Positions 37,397 to 48,913 of a DNA stretch of 64,000 bases are shown here, piece by piece. The DNA comes from Rhizaria sp. SCN 62-66. Taxonomy: Eukaryota. Both the position numbers and the translations under genes were made by a program. The DNA lies in NCBI GenBank assembly GCA_001724265.1, contig MEDY01000220.1, positions 1 to 64,000 of the forward strand, in the 5' to 3' direction. A model generated the notes under the pieces. The model searched no databases and was not told where the DNA came from. It saw only the letters and a program-made list of their open reading frames with translations. Each line of letters begins with the position of its first letter. The first letter of the stretch is position 1.

Positions 37397-40300
37397 TCAA
37401 TCATTATCGTCAGCATCTACGCCGATTTGTTTGCTCTCAGAAGAAGTAGACTCAAAAACTAAGCTCTCTCTGTCGCAGGCTTCGGCAGGCTGAGATACCG
37501 CAGCGGTGTCCGACGACTGTCCGCAGTCTGAAAGCGCGTTGTCTGCCGACTGTGATCTCCCAATCTGCGGACTTGCGGACTGCAAGCAATCAACCAACTC
37601 CAAAATCGGCATTCGCTCCCCAGTGCACAGCGCTCCCGCGACCGCATCGGAGTCCGTCACGGTGGAGGGCTCGGTGGCATGCGAGGCGGTTGTTGCGACT
37701 GCGCTCTTGTCGCTGCGGGCGTCACTGTCGCTCATAACGCCTACACCGGACTCCCGCTGTGATACAGTCGTAGCGTCTACCATGACAGTAACCGCGAGCT
37801 GCGCGGTGTCATCGCTCTCTGCACTGTCGTCCGCGTTGGTGCCCGCAGTCCCCGAGTTGGCGGGAGCGGCGGCGGCAGCGGCGATGCGGGGCCGTTTGGC
37901 TTGTGGTGGCGGGGGAGTCAGTGGCGGCAACAGCTGTCCTGTCTCATTCTGATGCTGGCAATGCGAAGACTGCGGTTGCTGCTCTTTTTGCGACTGGCCT
38001 TGCTGTTGCTCAGAGAGCACAACCGTGATAGCAATCTCGCCTAGCGCTATCGTATCGGGAATTACAACGCTTAGCTCAACTCCACTGCTGATCTGAGCTG
38101 CGCCCCGAGAGACAGCAATATCAACATCAGATACGATCACGCCCGTCTTGGTATCGTCACGCACACAGTCGACATCACTAAAAACTGGGCTCGCTGCCGT
38201 CTTGTCACTGTCTTTCCTCGCCGCGTAGCGACCACAGTCTCTGTCAGAGTCGTCGTCATCAGTCTCGCAGTCGCTGTCGACGATTGCAATCTTGAGCCTG
38301 GTCACCCTTGCTGGCGTGGCGCCCTGCACCACCAGCCCTTCTCCGCCCGCGAACACCACTTGTGACTGCGGTTGCTGCTGCGATAAGTGCAGGTACGAGC
38401 GTACATGATGCGCGTGAGGTTCTGCGTGCGCAACGTGGGACTGCGACAACTGCAAGTGTGACGCACAGTCCACGTCTGCGTTGTCGCCCAGGAATGAAGC
38501 TGAAGCGGACATATGTGACGGCGATGGTGACGGGTGTAGATGTGGCTCAGTCTGTTGCCGCATCGCAGCGATTCGCTCACGAATGCAAGAAACGGACGCT
38601 TTGCGAGTAAGTGTGCCCGGCTGCAGCATTGGTTGATACTGCTGATGCTGCTGCCAATGTGCGTACGCATGACCGTCATCGTGCCCATGGCTATGCGCGT
38701 GCACGTGCGTGTGATTCGGTGCAGGCGTTAACGGCATACCCAACGCAATCGAGCCTGCAGCCTGACGACGAGGGCCAAGTGCAAAAGGATTCGGCCGCGG
38801 TCCGGCGCTCGGCACGCTCGCGCCAGCAGCAAATGGGGTGCTGTTGCCAGTGTGAATATGGTTGGCACTAGCATCCGCTGCGATGACATCCGCGCTAGCG
38901 TCACCTCCATTACGTGCAGCCAAGTCGCGCTGTCCACGTTCAGCGTGTTCGGTACTGCTGCCATCAGCGCGCACAAAGTTTGAAACATGTCCATCGACAC
39001 TGTTCTGGACTGGCGTGTGAATTGCGCTCTTGTGACTCGCGTATGGGTTCGCGTTCATGCTGACATTTACTGCAGACTGTCGCTGCAACGCGCTCGAGCG
39101 CATGCGCTGGTGGTGTTGCTGCTGTGCCTTGTCATACGCGTTGCTGTTACAATCAAAGCCGTCGTTGTTGTTCGCATTACTATTGCTGTCAGCAGGTGTT
39201 GCATCATGCTGCTCTCGGAGACGGTGTTGCTGCAGGTGCTCGCGGGCGTGATCAACGCGATGGCTAGGCGTCGCGCTGCGACTTGGCGCAAGCGCGCCCA
39301 GTTCAGTGCCTTGACCGCGATTGCTTCCGCGGAACATCGGAGTTTGAGCAGCATTGCCGGCGTAAGCGTGGTGATATGCTGGATCAGCACCATGAAAGCC
39401 GTCGACGCCGTCGTAACCGGCACGTAGCTTAGTAGCAGACGACAACGGCGGCAGCGGCGCCGAAGTAGTTCCTGGTGTGACTCCGCCAACAGCAGCGTGG
39501 GTACGCGCAGTGGGGGCAGGCGTCGCAGGAACGCTGGCGCGCCCAGCGGGGCCGAACACAGAGCCGGCGGCGCTGGGGGCCAGCGTTGCAGCGGCGCGGT
39601 GCGGGAACAGCGGCGGCCGCTGCTGCATATGGGGCTGCTGGTGATACGGCTGGTGGTGCTGCTGCTGCTGTTGCTGTTGAAGAACATCTTCTTGTTGGTT
39701 TTGCTGTCGCAGTTGATGATGCACTGAAGCTGGGCCCATAAACGGCGTCCGCGGCGGCAGCCCCATCGGCGCACCGTAGCCGTCTCCGCGTTCATGCCAG
39801 TGTCCGTGTCCGTGTCTGTGGTCGTGATTGTGGCTGTGGCTGCGGCTGTGGCCAGGACCGGGGCCGTAGTCCTGGGTGTCGCTGTGGCTGTAGCTGCCAA
39901 ATGCCGGCGGCTGCCACGGCCTCAGCGGCTCGCCGTGCGGGTTCGGCGCGCCGGGCTGCGGCGGCGGCGGCTGGTCCCAGTGCTGCCGCTGCAAGTGCTC
40001 ATGCGGCTGCGGTTCATGTTGCGGGTACTGCTGCAGTGGAGGCATACCATGCTGCGGTTGCTGCTGATGTTGCGGCGGGATGCCAGGCAAGGCTGAGCCG
40101 TGATGCGACATCGAATGTGTCCGGTGCATATGCGGCATAGATATCGGTATATGCGGCACAGGCGCGGGCGCAAACGGGCGACTCTTCCATGGAGCAAGCG
40201 GCGGACCGGGTCCGTGACCAGGGTCGGGCAAATGCTCGTTGACATGACTGAAGTCAGGGGCGAAGGGCAAGGGGTAGCCGGGAGTGTGGGGAAAGTGCTG

Positions 40301-41904
40301 ATGCTGCTGCTGCTGCTCTTGCCCAAACTGCTGCTGATCTGGGTTGCGGTGCGCTGCAAACGGTGCCGGCGGCGGCGCAAAAGGCTCGGGCGCAAAGTGC
40401 GGGATGTATGGCGTCAGCGGCGTGCGTCCCATCCCAGAGCCTGCACGAGCACTGGGAAAGACGTACGGATTGCCATGATCAGGACCGTGCATAGGCTGCT
40501 GCTGCTCGTGTAACTGAGGCTGAAACGGGAACGGCTGCAGATACGGGAACTGCTGCTGCTGGTCGGTGTGCTCTTGCTGCTGCTGCTGCTGCTGCTGCTG
40601 ATGCTGCCGTGGGGGAAACAACCCGACGCCACTGACACCGGTACTCGCGTACATGCTCGCACTCGTGTGTGCGTTTGCGTTTGCGTTAGTAAGCGCAGGC
40701 AGCGCCCGACGCACCATGTTCGTGGCCACAGCGCTGGAGCCCAAGGGCGCAGTTAGCGCGGGGAAGTGCTGGAACACGACTGCGCGCGCCAGCTGCACCG
40801 CCGCGGCACTCGCACTCGCATCGTAGCCTCCAATGTTGCCGTCAAAGCCGTTGAAGCCGTGATTGTTGTTATTGTTGTAGTCATGGTGCAGTAGTGCGGA
40901 GTGGCCGCCGCGCGCCCCACTGTGTCCTAGCAGCCCGCGGTTGTGGCCATTAACACCGAGTCCGAGCAGACACGAGTCAGCCGCAGCCGCAGCGTCACCC
41001 CCGGCCGCCGCTGCTGCAGAGGCCGCGAGAGCAGAGCCGCGGTGCCGCGTGAACATGTCGCTACTGAGCGGCGGCGCGGTGCCACCTGCAGCGCCCGCGC
41101 CGTTGCCTGCTGGGTCGTCCACTTCGCCGTTGCCGTTGTGCGTTTGCGTGTGAGTGCGCGCGTGAGAGCGCGGGGGCGAGGTCAGCGCATGCGTCGTGAG
41201 CAGCAGAGAGCGGCGCAGGCGCTGCACATCGAGACTTGCGCCCGCACTTGCGCCGCCGCCACGGTCGCCGCTGCCGCCGCTGCTGCTGCTGCGTCCCGCA
41301 GAGCCAGAGTCAAGGCCGTGGTCAGAGTGAGAGCGAACAGTGGAGCCGCTTGAGGCTGCGCGAAAGCGGTCGCTGAGGCGCGCGCGCAGGGAAAGCGGTG
41401 CCGAGCGGGTCGACGCAGCAAGCGCTTCGTCTAGAGTGACATTGTTGCGGTGACGATGCCGCTGCCTGTTGGGGTCTGCGATCGGGTTGTCTCGGTCGGA
41501 GTCTGAGCTGGCCGCTTCGTCGCCGTCGAGGTCGTCGCCGCAGAGAAGCTCGAAGGCGGCGCGGCCACGGACGACAGGAACGTTCTCAGACTCGCCGACT
41601 TGGGGCTGCGTCGGGGGCGCGTTTTCGCTACTCTCGTCTGTCACGGGAACTGCAGCGGGCGATTTGGGAAGGGCTGCGGCGCGCGCTTCCGCTGCGATTC
41701 GTTGCTCAGCGAAGAACTTCCTGTGACGAGGAGCAAGATAGACAGACAAGGGGTCGATGAGAGGATGCCACGTCTTCAGCGAGACTGAGTGACAGTCATA
41801 TATAGTCAGCAGATAGCCGAAATAAAGGAAACGTACCGTTGCTTGGAAAGCTCGGAAGTTGAACGCTGCTGAGCGCGCATGCGACTACCACCCATCCAAT
41901 TCAT
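37397..41904 (-). CDS. HEIP1/REDIC1 (C12orf40)-like protein, ~1463 aa; exons 41904-41837 and 41720-37397; ends TGA
   Basis: The spliced N-terminus MNWMGGSRMRAQQRSTSELSKQR|KFFAEQR matches the family motif as I recall it (MNWVGGSR...RKQKEYFEK). The rest is long and disordered (Gln/His/Pro-rich), as in that family. Confidence 0.72.
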
Positions 41905-42168
41905 ATTGGAAAACTGCCTACAGAGCCCAACAACGACCGCTAAAGGGCAGTTTAAAAAATAAATGAATGTTAAAATAAGCACACATGCCCTATCAATTAG
42001 ACTTTAAAATCCTATACCCTCCGTAAGGTAAATGTGAAGCTATTTTCGCAGGTATTGTGTCACGTAATTATTTTTCAAGTTGCACCTGAAACCTCGAAGC
42101 TGAACTTGGGAGCTGAGACGATTTCACGAGCAGGCGGCTAACTTTGAGCAACCATTTTGCATACGTAG

Positions 42169-43718
42169 ATGTCTCATATGCTAACTTCCCCACGAGGGAA
42201 GATTTCTGACACTGCGAACTCTTTTGGAGTTAAAGAGACGAACACATTCGACGATTACTTCAGCGAGGACTTTGAGAACTTAAGTACGTTTCCAGACCGT
42301 TTCTTCCGTTCGATCTGCACATTAATTCAAGCAACCCAACCTTAACTTCACAAACCTTTTTTCAACATTAACTTTGTGACATTCGTAACCTGAACAGGTA
42401 GCGCTATCCGCCAGCAGTTCTCGGCACAGTCTAAAGCCACGCTGAGCCTCGTTGCGGCTCACAGGACTGCCGACTCACTCCGCGCCGACTGCCAAGCTTT
42501 ACAAGCTGAGTCGTTGCAGTACCGCGCCGCCATCGACGACCACCTGGACGTGATCGATCGCTGCTTGGCGGCTGAGCGCGCGGCCAAGTCGGCCCTGGAG
42601 GTGCAGACGGCGCGGTGCGAGGACCTGGTGAAGCAGCTGCGCGCGAGCAAGGACAGCGAGGACAAGCTGCGCGCCAACACGCGCCAGCTGCTCACAACCA
42701 ACGACTCTCTCACGCGCGAGAACGCGCACCTGCGCGCTTCAATGGCGGGGCTCGAGCAACAAGGTATGCTAAAGATTACGGCGTTGTATTGCAGATCACA
42801 CCACTACTCATTTTGTTTAAGTCCTGTTGTTCACGAAGTCAGAGTTTCTCACTATCGCAAGTTCATGTTGTTTTGCATTCTTATTCACTTGCCCGCACCT
42901 TTGGCGCAGTGGGGGAGGTGCGCGCCGAGGTCACCCGGCGTGTCGCCGTCGAGAAAGAGCAGCAGCGCGCGCAGCAAGACGCGCAGCGGGCCACCGCAGA
43001 GCTCGAGCGCAAGGTACGTCGGCTTCACGCACAACATCACTAAATGGCATATAATAGCGACTAGCATCGCATCGATCGCGAATCTTATCACAATGCAATC
43101 GGACCAACCTTCGAGGTTATTCGACTTTGTTTGGTTCTGTTGACGTTAAGCTCATTTGTTCCCTTGTTTCCTTCTTCAAACGCATTATCCTTGCGTGCGC
43201 GCGGCGGCACACAGCTGCAAGACGCACTGATGCAGAGTGTGTCGCTGCCGGCGCTGACGCAGCAGCGCGACCAGCTGCGGCGCCAGCTCGACGCCTCAGA
43301 GGCGGAGCGCCGCCAGCTCGTCGCCCAGATCACGCGTCTCAAGGGCAGCAGCGGCGCCGGCGCGAGTGGCCACAACACCGGCGCGGGAATGGGTCAAACA
43401 CAGGGCATGTCTCGGCAGCAGCAACCGATGCAGCAGCAGACGCTGCGAGAGGCAGCAGCACAGCAGTTGCAGCAGCAACATCAGCAGCACGCACCCCAGC
43501 CTCATCCACAGCCGCAGGCTCAAGCGCCGCCTCAGCAGCGCGGGCGCCGCAAGTCGGCCACGACCAAGCAGCAGCAGTCTGCCACGGCCGCAGCTGCCGC
43601 TGCGAATGCTGCCGCGGCGGCGAGTGCAAAGGGAAATGGCGCTGGTGCAACCACTGCGATGACTGACGAGGCGTCGATGACGCTGGAGCAAGCGCGCGAC
43701 CAGCTGTACACGTTCTAA
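42169..43718 (+). CDS. Coiled-coil protein of unknown function, ~362 aa; exons 42169-42283, 42398-42763, 42910-43013, 43215-43718; ends TAA
   Basis: Four exons join in frame via GTACGT/GTATGC...CAG introns. Heptad-rich helices are followed by a Gln/Ala-rich tail. Confidence 0.75.
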
Positions 43719-43869
43719 TCGGGGGCGGAATCTGGCTAAGTCAAGTGCAGGACCAACCTGCAGAGCATAACATAACTAATCACAGATCATGATACGAGGC
43801 CTGCGTGCAGCTTCGACGAACAAAAATACAAACTATAAAGAACTTTCATTCGCACACACAACATCGCCT

Positions 43870-44970
43870 TCAAGGCTTCTGCGCCTCAGCGCTGGCGGCA
43901 GTGCCGGTGCCACGGCTCACCCCTTCGCCAGCGGCCCCGGGGGCGCCATCGGCCTCGGGGGGACTTGCCGGCGTCGGCGACAGCAGCCCCGCGAGCGAGT
44001 CGGCGCGCGCGACGCTGGCGCTGGGGCTGAGCGGCGTGGCAAGCCCGCCCTCTGAGTCGCCACCCTCGGCCTCGGCCAGCACGACAGGGTCCTGCGCGAG
44101 CGCGGCCAGCGCGGCGGCCACGGTTGCGGCGCTGGCTGTGGTGATCAGCGTGGCGGGGTACACTGCCGCGCCCCAGGCTGGGTGCTTCAGCACCACGCAC
44201 TGCGCGCACTGGTCGCCCACGTACCCCAGCAGCTGCTGCCCGCCCTCAACCTCGCTGTACACGCCCGCGCTGCGCTGCCCGCGCGCCGGCTGCCCCGAGC
44301 AGGGGTCGACGAAGTCGGTCGCGGCTGCGGGCTCCAGCCGCGCGATGGCGGCGCACAGCGCAGTGCAGAGGGCGAAGAAGTTCTCCAGCAGCCGGTCCTT
44401 CTCCGCCGCCGCCTCGGGCGTCCAAGCGAGCAGGTCGTGCTCCGAGGGCTGGAACGTCACCAGTACGTGCACGGTGCCGGGGCCGGCGCTGGCAGCTGCG
44501 GGAGCTGCGAGCGGGCTGGAGACGATGATGGGGGCGATGCTCACGGTACCGGGCACGGCGGGGACGACAGAAGCAGCGTTACTGTCACCGACAGACGCGG
44601 AATTGCGCGATGCTGCATCATTGGCGTTCACGGACGTGTTAGCGCTTGCATTGGCCAGGTGCGCTTTGATGGAGGGGAAAATGGCGAGGATTTCCCTCCG
44701 CACCGAGCGCACGGCCTCGTGCAGCGAGTACTGCAGCACGAACGGCGCGCGCTGCTGCGCCGGGCACTGCACTGACGCGCAGTCTGGCTGGGCGTCGCTA
44801 CTGCCAGTCTGAGGATGCTCCTGAGCCTGCGCCTGTGTCTGTGGTTGAGTCAGCGCCTGCTGGTCCTGACTCTGGCTGTGGCTGTGGTCGGGGTAGTACA
44901 GCGGGGCTGCGGCGGAGGAGAAGGTGGCGCGAGTGGGCGCAAGAACGAGGTTTTTGGGACGACGGCGCAT
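43870..44970 (-). CDS. MMADHC: Cobalamin trafficking protein CblD (MMADHC-like), ~366 aa; ends TGA
   Basis: VTFQPSEHDLLAW...EKDRLLENF, DFVDPCSG, YSEVEG..LLGY, CVVLKHPAWGAAVYPATLITTA, characteristic of the MMADHC/DUF2246 C-terminal domain. Start codon uncertain. Confidence 0.88.
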   Translation of the reverse strand: MRRRPKNLVLAPTRATFSSAAAPLYYPDHSHSQSQDQQALTQPQTQAQAQEHPQTGSSDAQPDCASVQCPAQQRAPFVLQYSLHEAVRSVRREILAIFPSIKAHLANASANTSVNANDAASRNSASVGDSNAASVVPAVPGTVSIAPIIVSSPLAAPAAASAGPGTVHVLVTFQPSEHDLLAWTPEAAAEKDRLLENFFALCTALCAAIARLEPAAATDFVDPCSGQPARGQRSAGVYSEVEGGQQLLGYVGDQCAQCVVLKHPAWGAAVYPATLITTASAATVAAALAALAQDPVVLAEAEGGDSEGGLATPLSPSASVARADSLAGLLSPTPASPPEADGAPGAAGEGVSRGTGTAASAEAQKP

Positions 44971-45445
44971 CGTGATATAGCTAGAATCGTTGATAGAGCA
45001 GCGTACCACTCAGCCTGTGGAATGAAGTGACGCGCAAGCGGAGATGTGGTTCAAGGCGAGAAAGTAGCTGTAGAGGTAGACAAGTAATTTTAAAACTGCC
45101 GTGAGCAGGAATCACAAATTGACATATATTACGTACATATGTTGCACATAATTTTATCGCACATCACCAATACTGTGGTGTGTTGTGAGGGAAAATGCGT
45201 CGTGCACGTCGTCGATGCTGCATGCCACTCGCTCGATTCGCTGTGGACAAGAGAAAAGTGATAGATATCGCGACAATGATATCTGACAGCGAAAATATTA
45301 ATTAAACAACTATCAAAGCCCAACGGTTGTATCTGTAAAATATGTTAATTTTAGCCTGACGGACAAATACGCTCACAATTTAGTCCAATTGCAACCCATT
45401 TCATAAACTTCCGTCTCATCCAGAGCCTTCCGTGGTCAGCACCGA

Positions 45446-47752
45446 ATGAGTGCCCCTCACCGAGGCCCTCCTGGCGGTCATGCCCGGCCTTTCACTGCCG
45501 CCGGGCGATCCCGCGAGGACGCTATCTCTCTTGACAGCGACAGCGAGGACGGCGAGGACGGTCTCCAGGCGCAGGCCCGGCCGCTCGGCGACAGCCAACG
45601 GGCCGCTCTGACCCCTGCGGTGCCCAGCCGCGACCAGTCGCACCAGGGCGGCTACAGCAACAGCAGCAGCCAGACGCAAGGCCAGCGCACCACGGCAGCC
45701 CGTACTGTGCCGCAGTTGAGTGACATCGATAATGACGACAATGACGATATATGCGAGTTGCCGCTTGACGACTTCGTCAGGAAGCCAATCCCAGTCCGCG
45801 TACGTGCTTGTTACATCAATAACTCATCCATATATGCATGTTTTCAAATTAAATCTTAGGACACGGTATTAAGACACGTCAAATGTATGATACTTAGATG
45901 AAATTGCCACACCACTTTGTCATGCCATTATAATTCCTGTTCGCACTCATGCATCCTTCTTGTCCCGGTCCTCTTGCGCGCTCTCTCTCAGCGTGAAGCC
46001 CTCGTCGGCCCCCTCAGCTACGAGGTCGCCCCGCGCACATACGCACAGTCGCGCCCGAAGCGCCCCTCAGACCCCGCCGCGCTCGCCCACGACGGCCGGG
46101 ACTACCTGCAGCAGCAGCGGCCCGCGCAGCCGCGGACGTCATCCAACTCTAACGCCGGCGCCGGCGGCGGCAACATCGGCGCTGCGGCGGGGTACGGCAG
46201 CGGCGCGGGGCTGAACGCGGCGCTGGCGGCCGCACTGGGCGTCGGCGACAGCTGGGAAAGCCACCCGACGCTGCACTCGCGAGGCGCACACGGAGAGTAC
46301 ACAGACTACAGTGATCAGACCTACAAAGGCGGCGGCGGCGGCGGTGGCAGGGTACCCAGTCAGAAGGAGCTGTGGGAGCAGCACGAGCGCGAGAAGAGCG
46401 AGCGCGAACAGTACTACGCGCGTTTGTATCAGCAGCGGCAGCAACAGCAGCAGCCGCAGCAACCACAACAGCATCAACGACAGTCGCCAGCAAAGCAGCA
46501 TTTGCAGCCACTGCCACAGCAACAACAACCAAGGCAGACGCAACAACCTAAACCTGAGCAACTGCCGCAGCCTCACGAAGCCAAGACTCCGCTTAGCCAG
46601 AGCCAGACGCCGCTGCCAACCAGCTCGAGTCAGGACTTCGCGCCGAGCGCGCTGTCGAAAGAGCCGTCGCTGTCGTTCACGGCCACGTCTTTATCGTCGC
46701 TGAAGCTCCAGCCCATCCCTCTGGACACCGTCGACTCTTGCAACGACTCTTGGGGTGCTCACAGTACTGCAACGTCTATCCGCACAGCCGTCTCAGGCGA
46801 CGGCGCTAACTTGAACAGCACTGCCAGCAGCTCCACCGCCACCGCCGCGGGCCCGGGCCTCGGCCTCGGCCTCTCGCTCAGCCGCGTCGACACCGGCGCC
46901 GACAGCTCCACCCAGAGTCACCCCCTCGGTCACCCTTCCGGTCACGGCGCCGCGCCAGCGCGCCAGTACTGGCCGCCGCAGTGGCTGCTGGCGCCGGAAC
47001 CAGCCGCCCCCGCCCAGGCCCCGACCGCCAACTCAAGCTCTCTGACGACCAAGGCCGCGAAGAAGCCCCCGTTGGGCTCTATAGGCACACGCCTTGCCAC
47101 AGCCGGTGACACACATGCATCTACGACTGTGTTTGCAAGCGCGCCTACGATAGCGCCTGCGACGGCGAGCGTGCTGGTCATGCTACCCAACGGCTCGCGT
47201 GTGGTCCGACGCTTCCCCCTCGCACTGCCGTGCTGCGCGCTGTACCGCTGGGCGCAGCTCGAGGCGCGCCGCGCGGCCGCCGCGGCGCGCGCCAAGCGGG
47301 AGGCGCTGCGCACGGCGCGGAACCCTTTCTTGCCAGAGACACACGCGCTGCAGCCTGCCGTGATGGCGCGCTCGAGGGCCGCGACGCCGCCCAGCCACAT
47401 TCTCCAGTACCAGAGTCAGAGTCATCGTCACGCGACGTCGCCGACTGGAGCGTCTGCTGCGGCACAGTCGTCGCAGACGCAGTACTTGGACCGGAGCTAC
47501 TTAGACCTGTCCGAGGAGCCGGCGCCGTTCTTACTGTGGACACGTGTGGCGCCACGGAAGCAAATTCCCGCGCCTGTGGCCGTGGCTGCGGCGGCCGACG
47601 GCGTCGGCGGCGAGGGCGAGTGCTTTTGCTGCGATGTCGCGATGAGCGGCGACGCTTCGGGGGCGACTGCCGGCGCGTGTCCCGCCGGCCACAGCACCAT
47701 TGGGTAGATGAGGCTCAATGGGAGCACGCTGGTTGCCGAGGAAGCGGACTGA
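45446..47752 (+). CDS. UBX-domain p97/Cdc48 adaptor, ~704 aa; exons 45446-45799 and 45992-47752, reading through TAG 47705-47707 to TGA
   Basis: VRKPIPVR|REALV motif. UBX strands SVLVMLPNGSRVVRRF...LYRWA...FLLWTRVAPRKQI...STIG*MRLNGSTLVAEE; the last UBX helix/strand lies after the TAG. Confidence 0.78.
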
Positions 47753-48453
47753 TACGAGCGTGCTCGTTTTTGTTATTATCGTAGTTATATAGTCGGTGTT
47801 ATTCAAAATACACATGATTTTCATTTTCTCTCGAATGGTACGATGCTCAAAGCGAATATAAGTTATTGACTATGTATCGGTCCTTGTTGTCTCGGTGCGA
47901 GGATGCTCGTCTTCGCATGAGACAAAGCTGTTCTACGCAACGTTGCTTTGACTAACAAGGTTGTAAAATATAAGTTATCACCAATGCTATGATTTGTTTA
48001 AAGTAGATCCCCCATCCCCATTCGTCCCACGGCGTAGCGTTTTCGCCCCGAGCTACTTAAAGCTCGCACACTTCATCCTGAGTTGCAGTAACAACGCAAC
48101 GCAGTAAATACGCTGTAGCCATCGGTGGAACGACAACTGCAAGCGTAAACTCCGTCGAGTACGACACGCACGCATAGTGCGACCGAGGTTGAGGGACAAA
48201 TTCAACCCGATTCAGGCTACCTTTGCGACGAAGAAGGACCATTTACAGGCAGTGAACGATAGGACAGCGTTCACAGATTTACCACAGTCGTAAACATGCA
48301 TAACAAGCGATCAAACGTTGTCAAGCGCTACCCATCATTCGAAAGTCAATCTGAAGTACTCTCGACACAAGCGCGGCACACAGACGCCGCAATGCGGCAC
48401 ACCACACGTTGGGACAAGTTGAGTCTGTAGCAAGCGGAGACAGTGTGGTGCGC

Positions 48454-48913
48454 TTACTTCTTAGGGGTCTGGTAGGAGCTGGCGGCCTTGGCGAGCTTGT
48501 TGAGCTTGCGCACGACGCGCATCTCCTCGCGCCAGCTGCTGCTCTCGTTGAGCTCATAGGGCATCTTGTACTCGGGCGCGGTGTGGAACTGCTGCAGCTG
48601 GCGGTCATCCATGCCGCGGCGCATCAGCTTGTAGAGACTAAAGACATGTTGATATAATACAGCGGAGTGAGGAACGCAAAGAGAGATGTGTGAGGAATAC
48701 AGTCGCGGAGATGAATGAGAGTCGTTGAGCTTCTGTGGTTGCGATTACTTAGGACTTCTGTGTGAAATAAGAAAGTTGTGGTAAGACGTACCGAGCATCG
48801 GAGGAGTTAGGGACATGACGAGCAACGGTGTTAAAGATCTCCGCACGGTTGATGGCGACCGTCTTGAGCTGCAGAGGGGACAGCTTGACGAGCTGCTGAA
48901 CACGGGGAGGCAT
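48454..48913 (-). CDS. Small basic protein, probable mitochondrial ribosomal protein mS33, 101 aa; exons 48913-48792 and 48637-48454; ends TAA
   Basis: Hand-spliced product MPPRVQQLVKLSPLQLKTVAINRAEIFNTVARHVPNSSDAR|LYKLMRRGMDD...WREEMRVVRKLNKLAKAASSYQTPKK with strong codon bias. The RAEIF..VAR and terminal PKK pattern recall mS33/Rsm27. Confidence 0.55.

Noticed and set aside
13363-47707. Pseudogenisation or C-to-T errors as the cause of the in-frame TAGs
   Set aside because: These would also yield CAA>TAA and CGA>TGA stops, and none are seen. The flanking frames stay open for thousands of codons, and TAG is missing from gene ends. Not fully excluded without reads.
13363-47707. Pyrrolysine or selenocysteine recoding
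   Set aside because: Pyl is not known in eukaryotes and Sec uses TGA. The TAG sites are non-catalytic and no shared downstream structure is evident.
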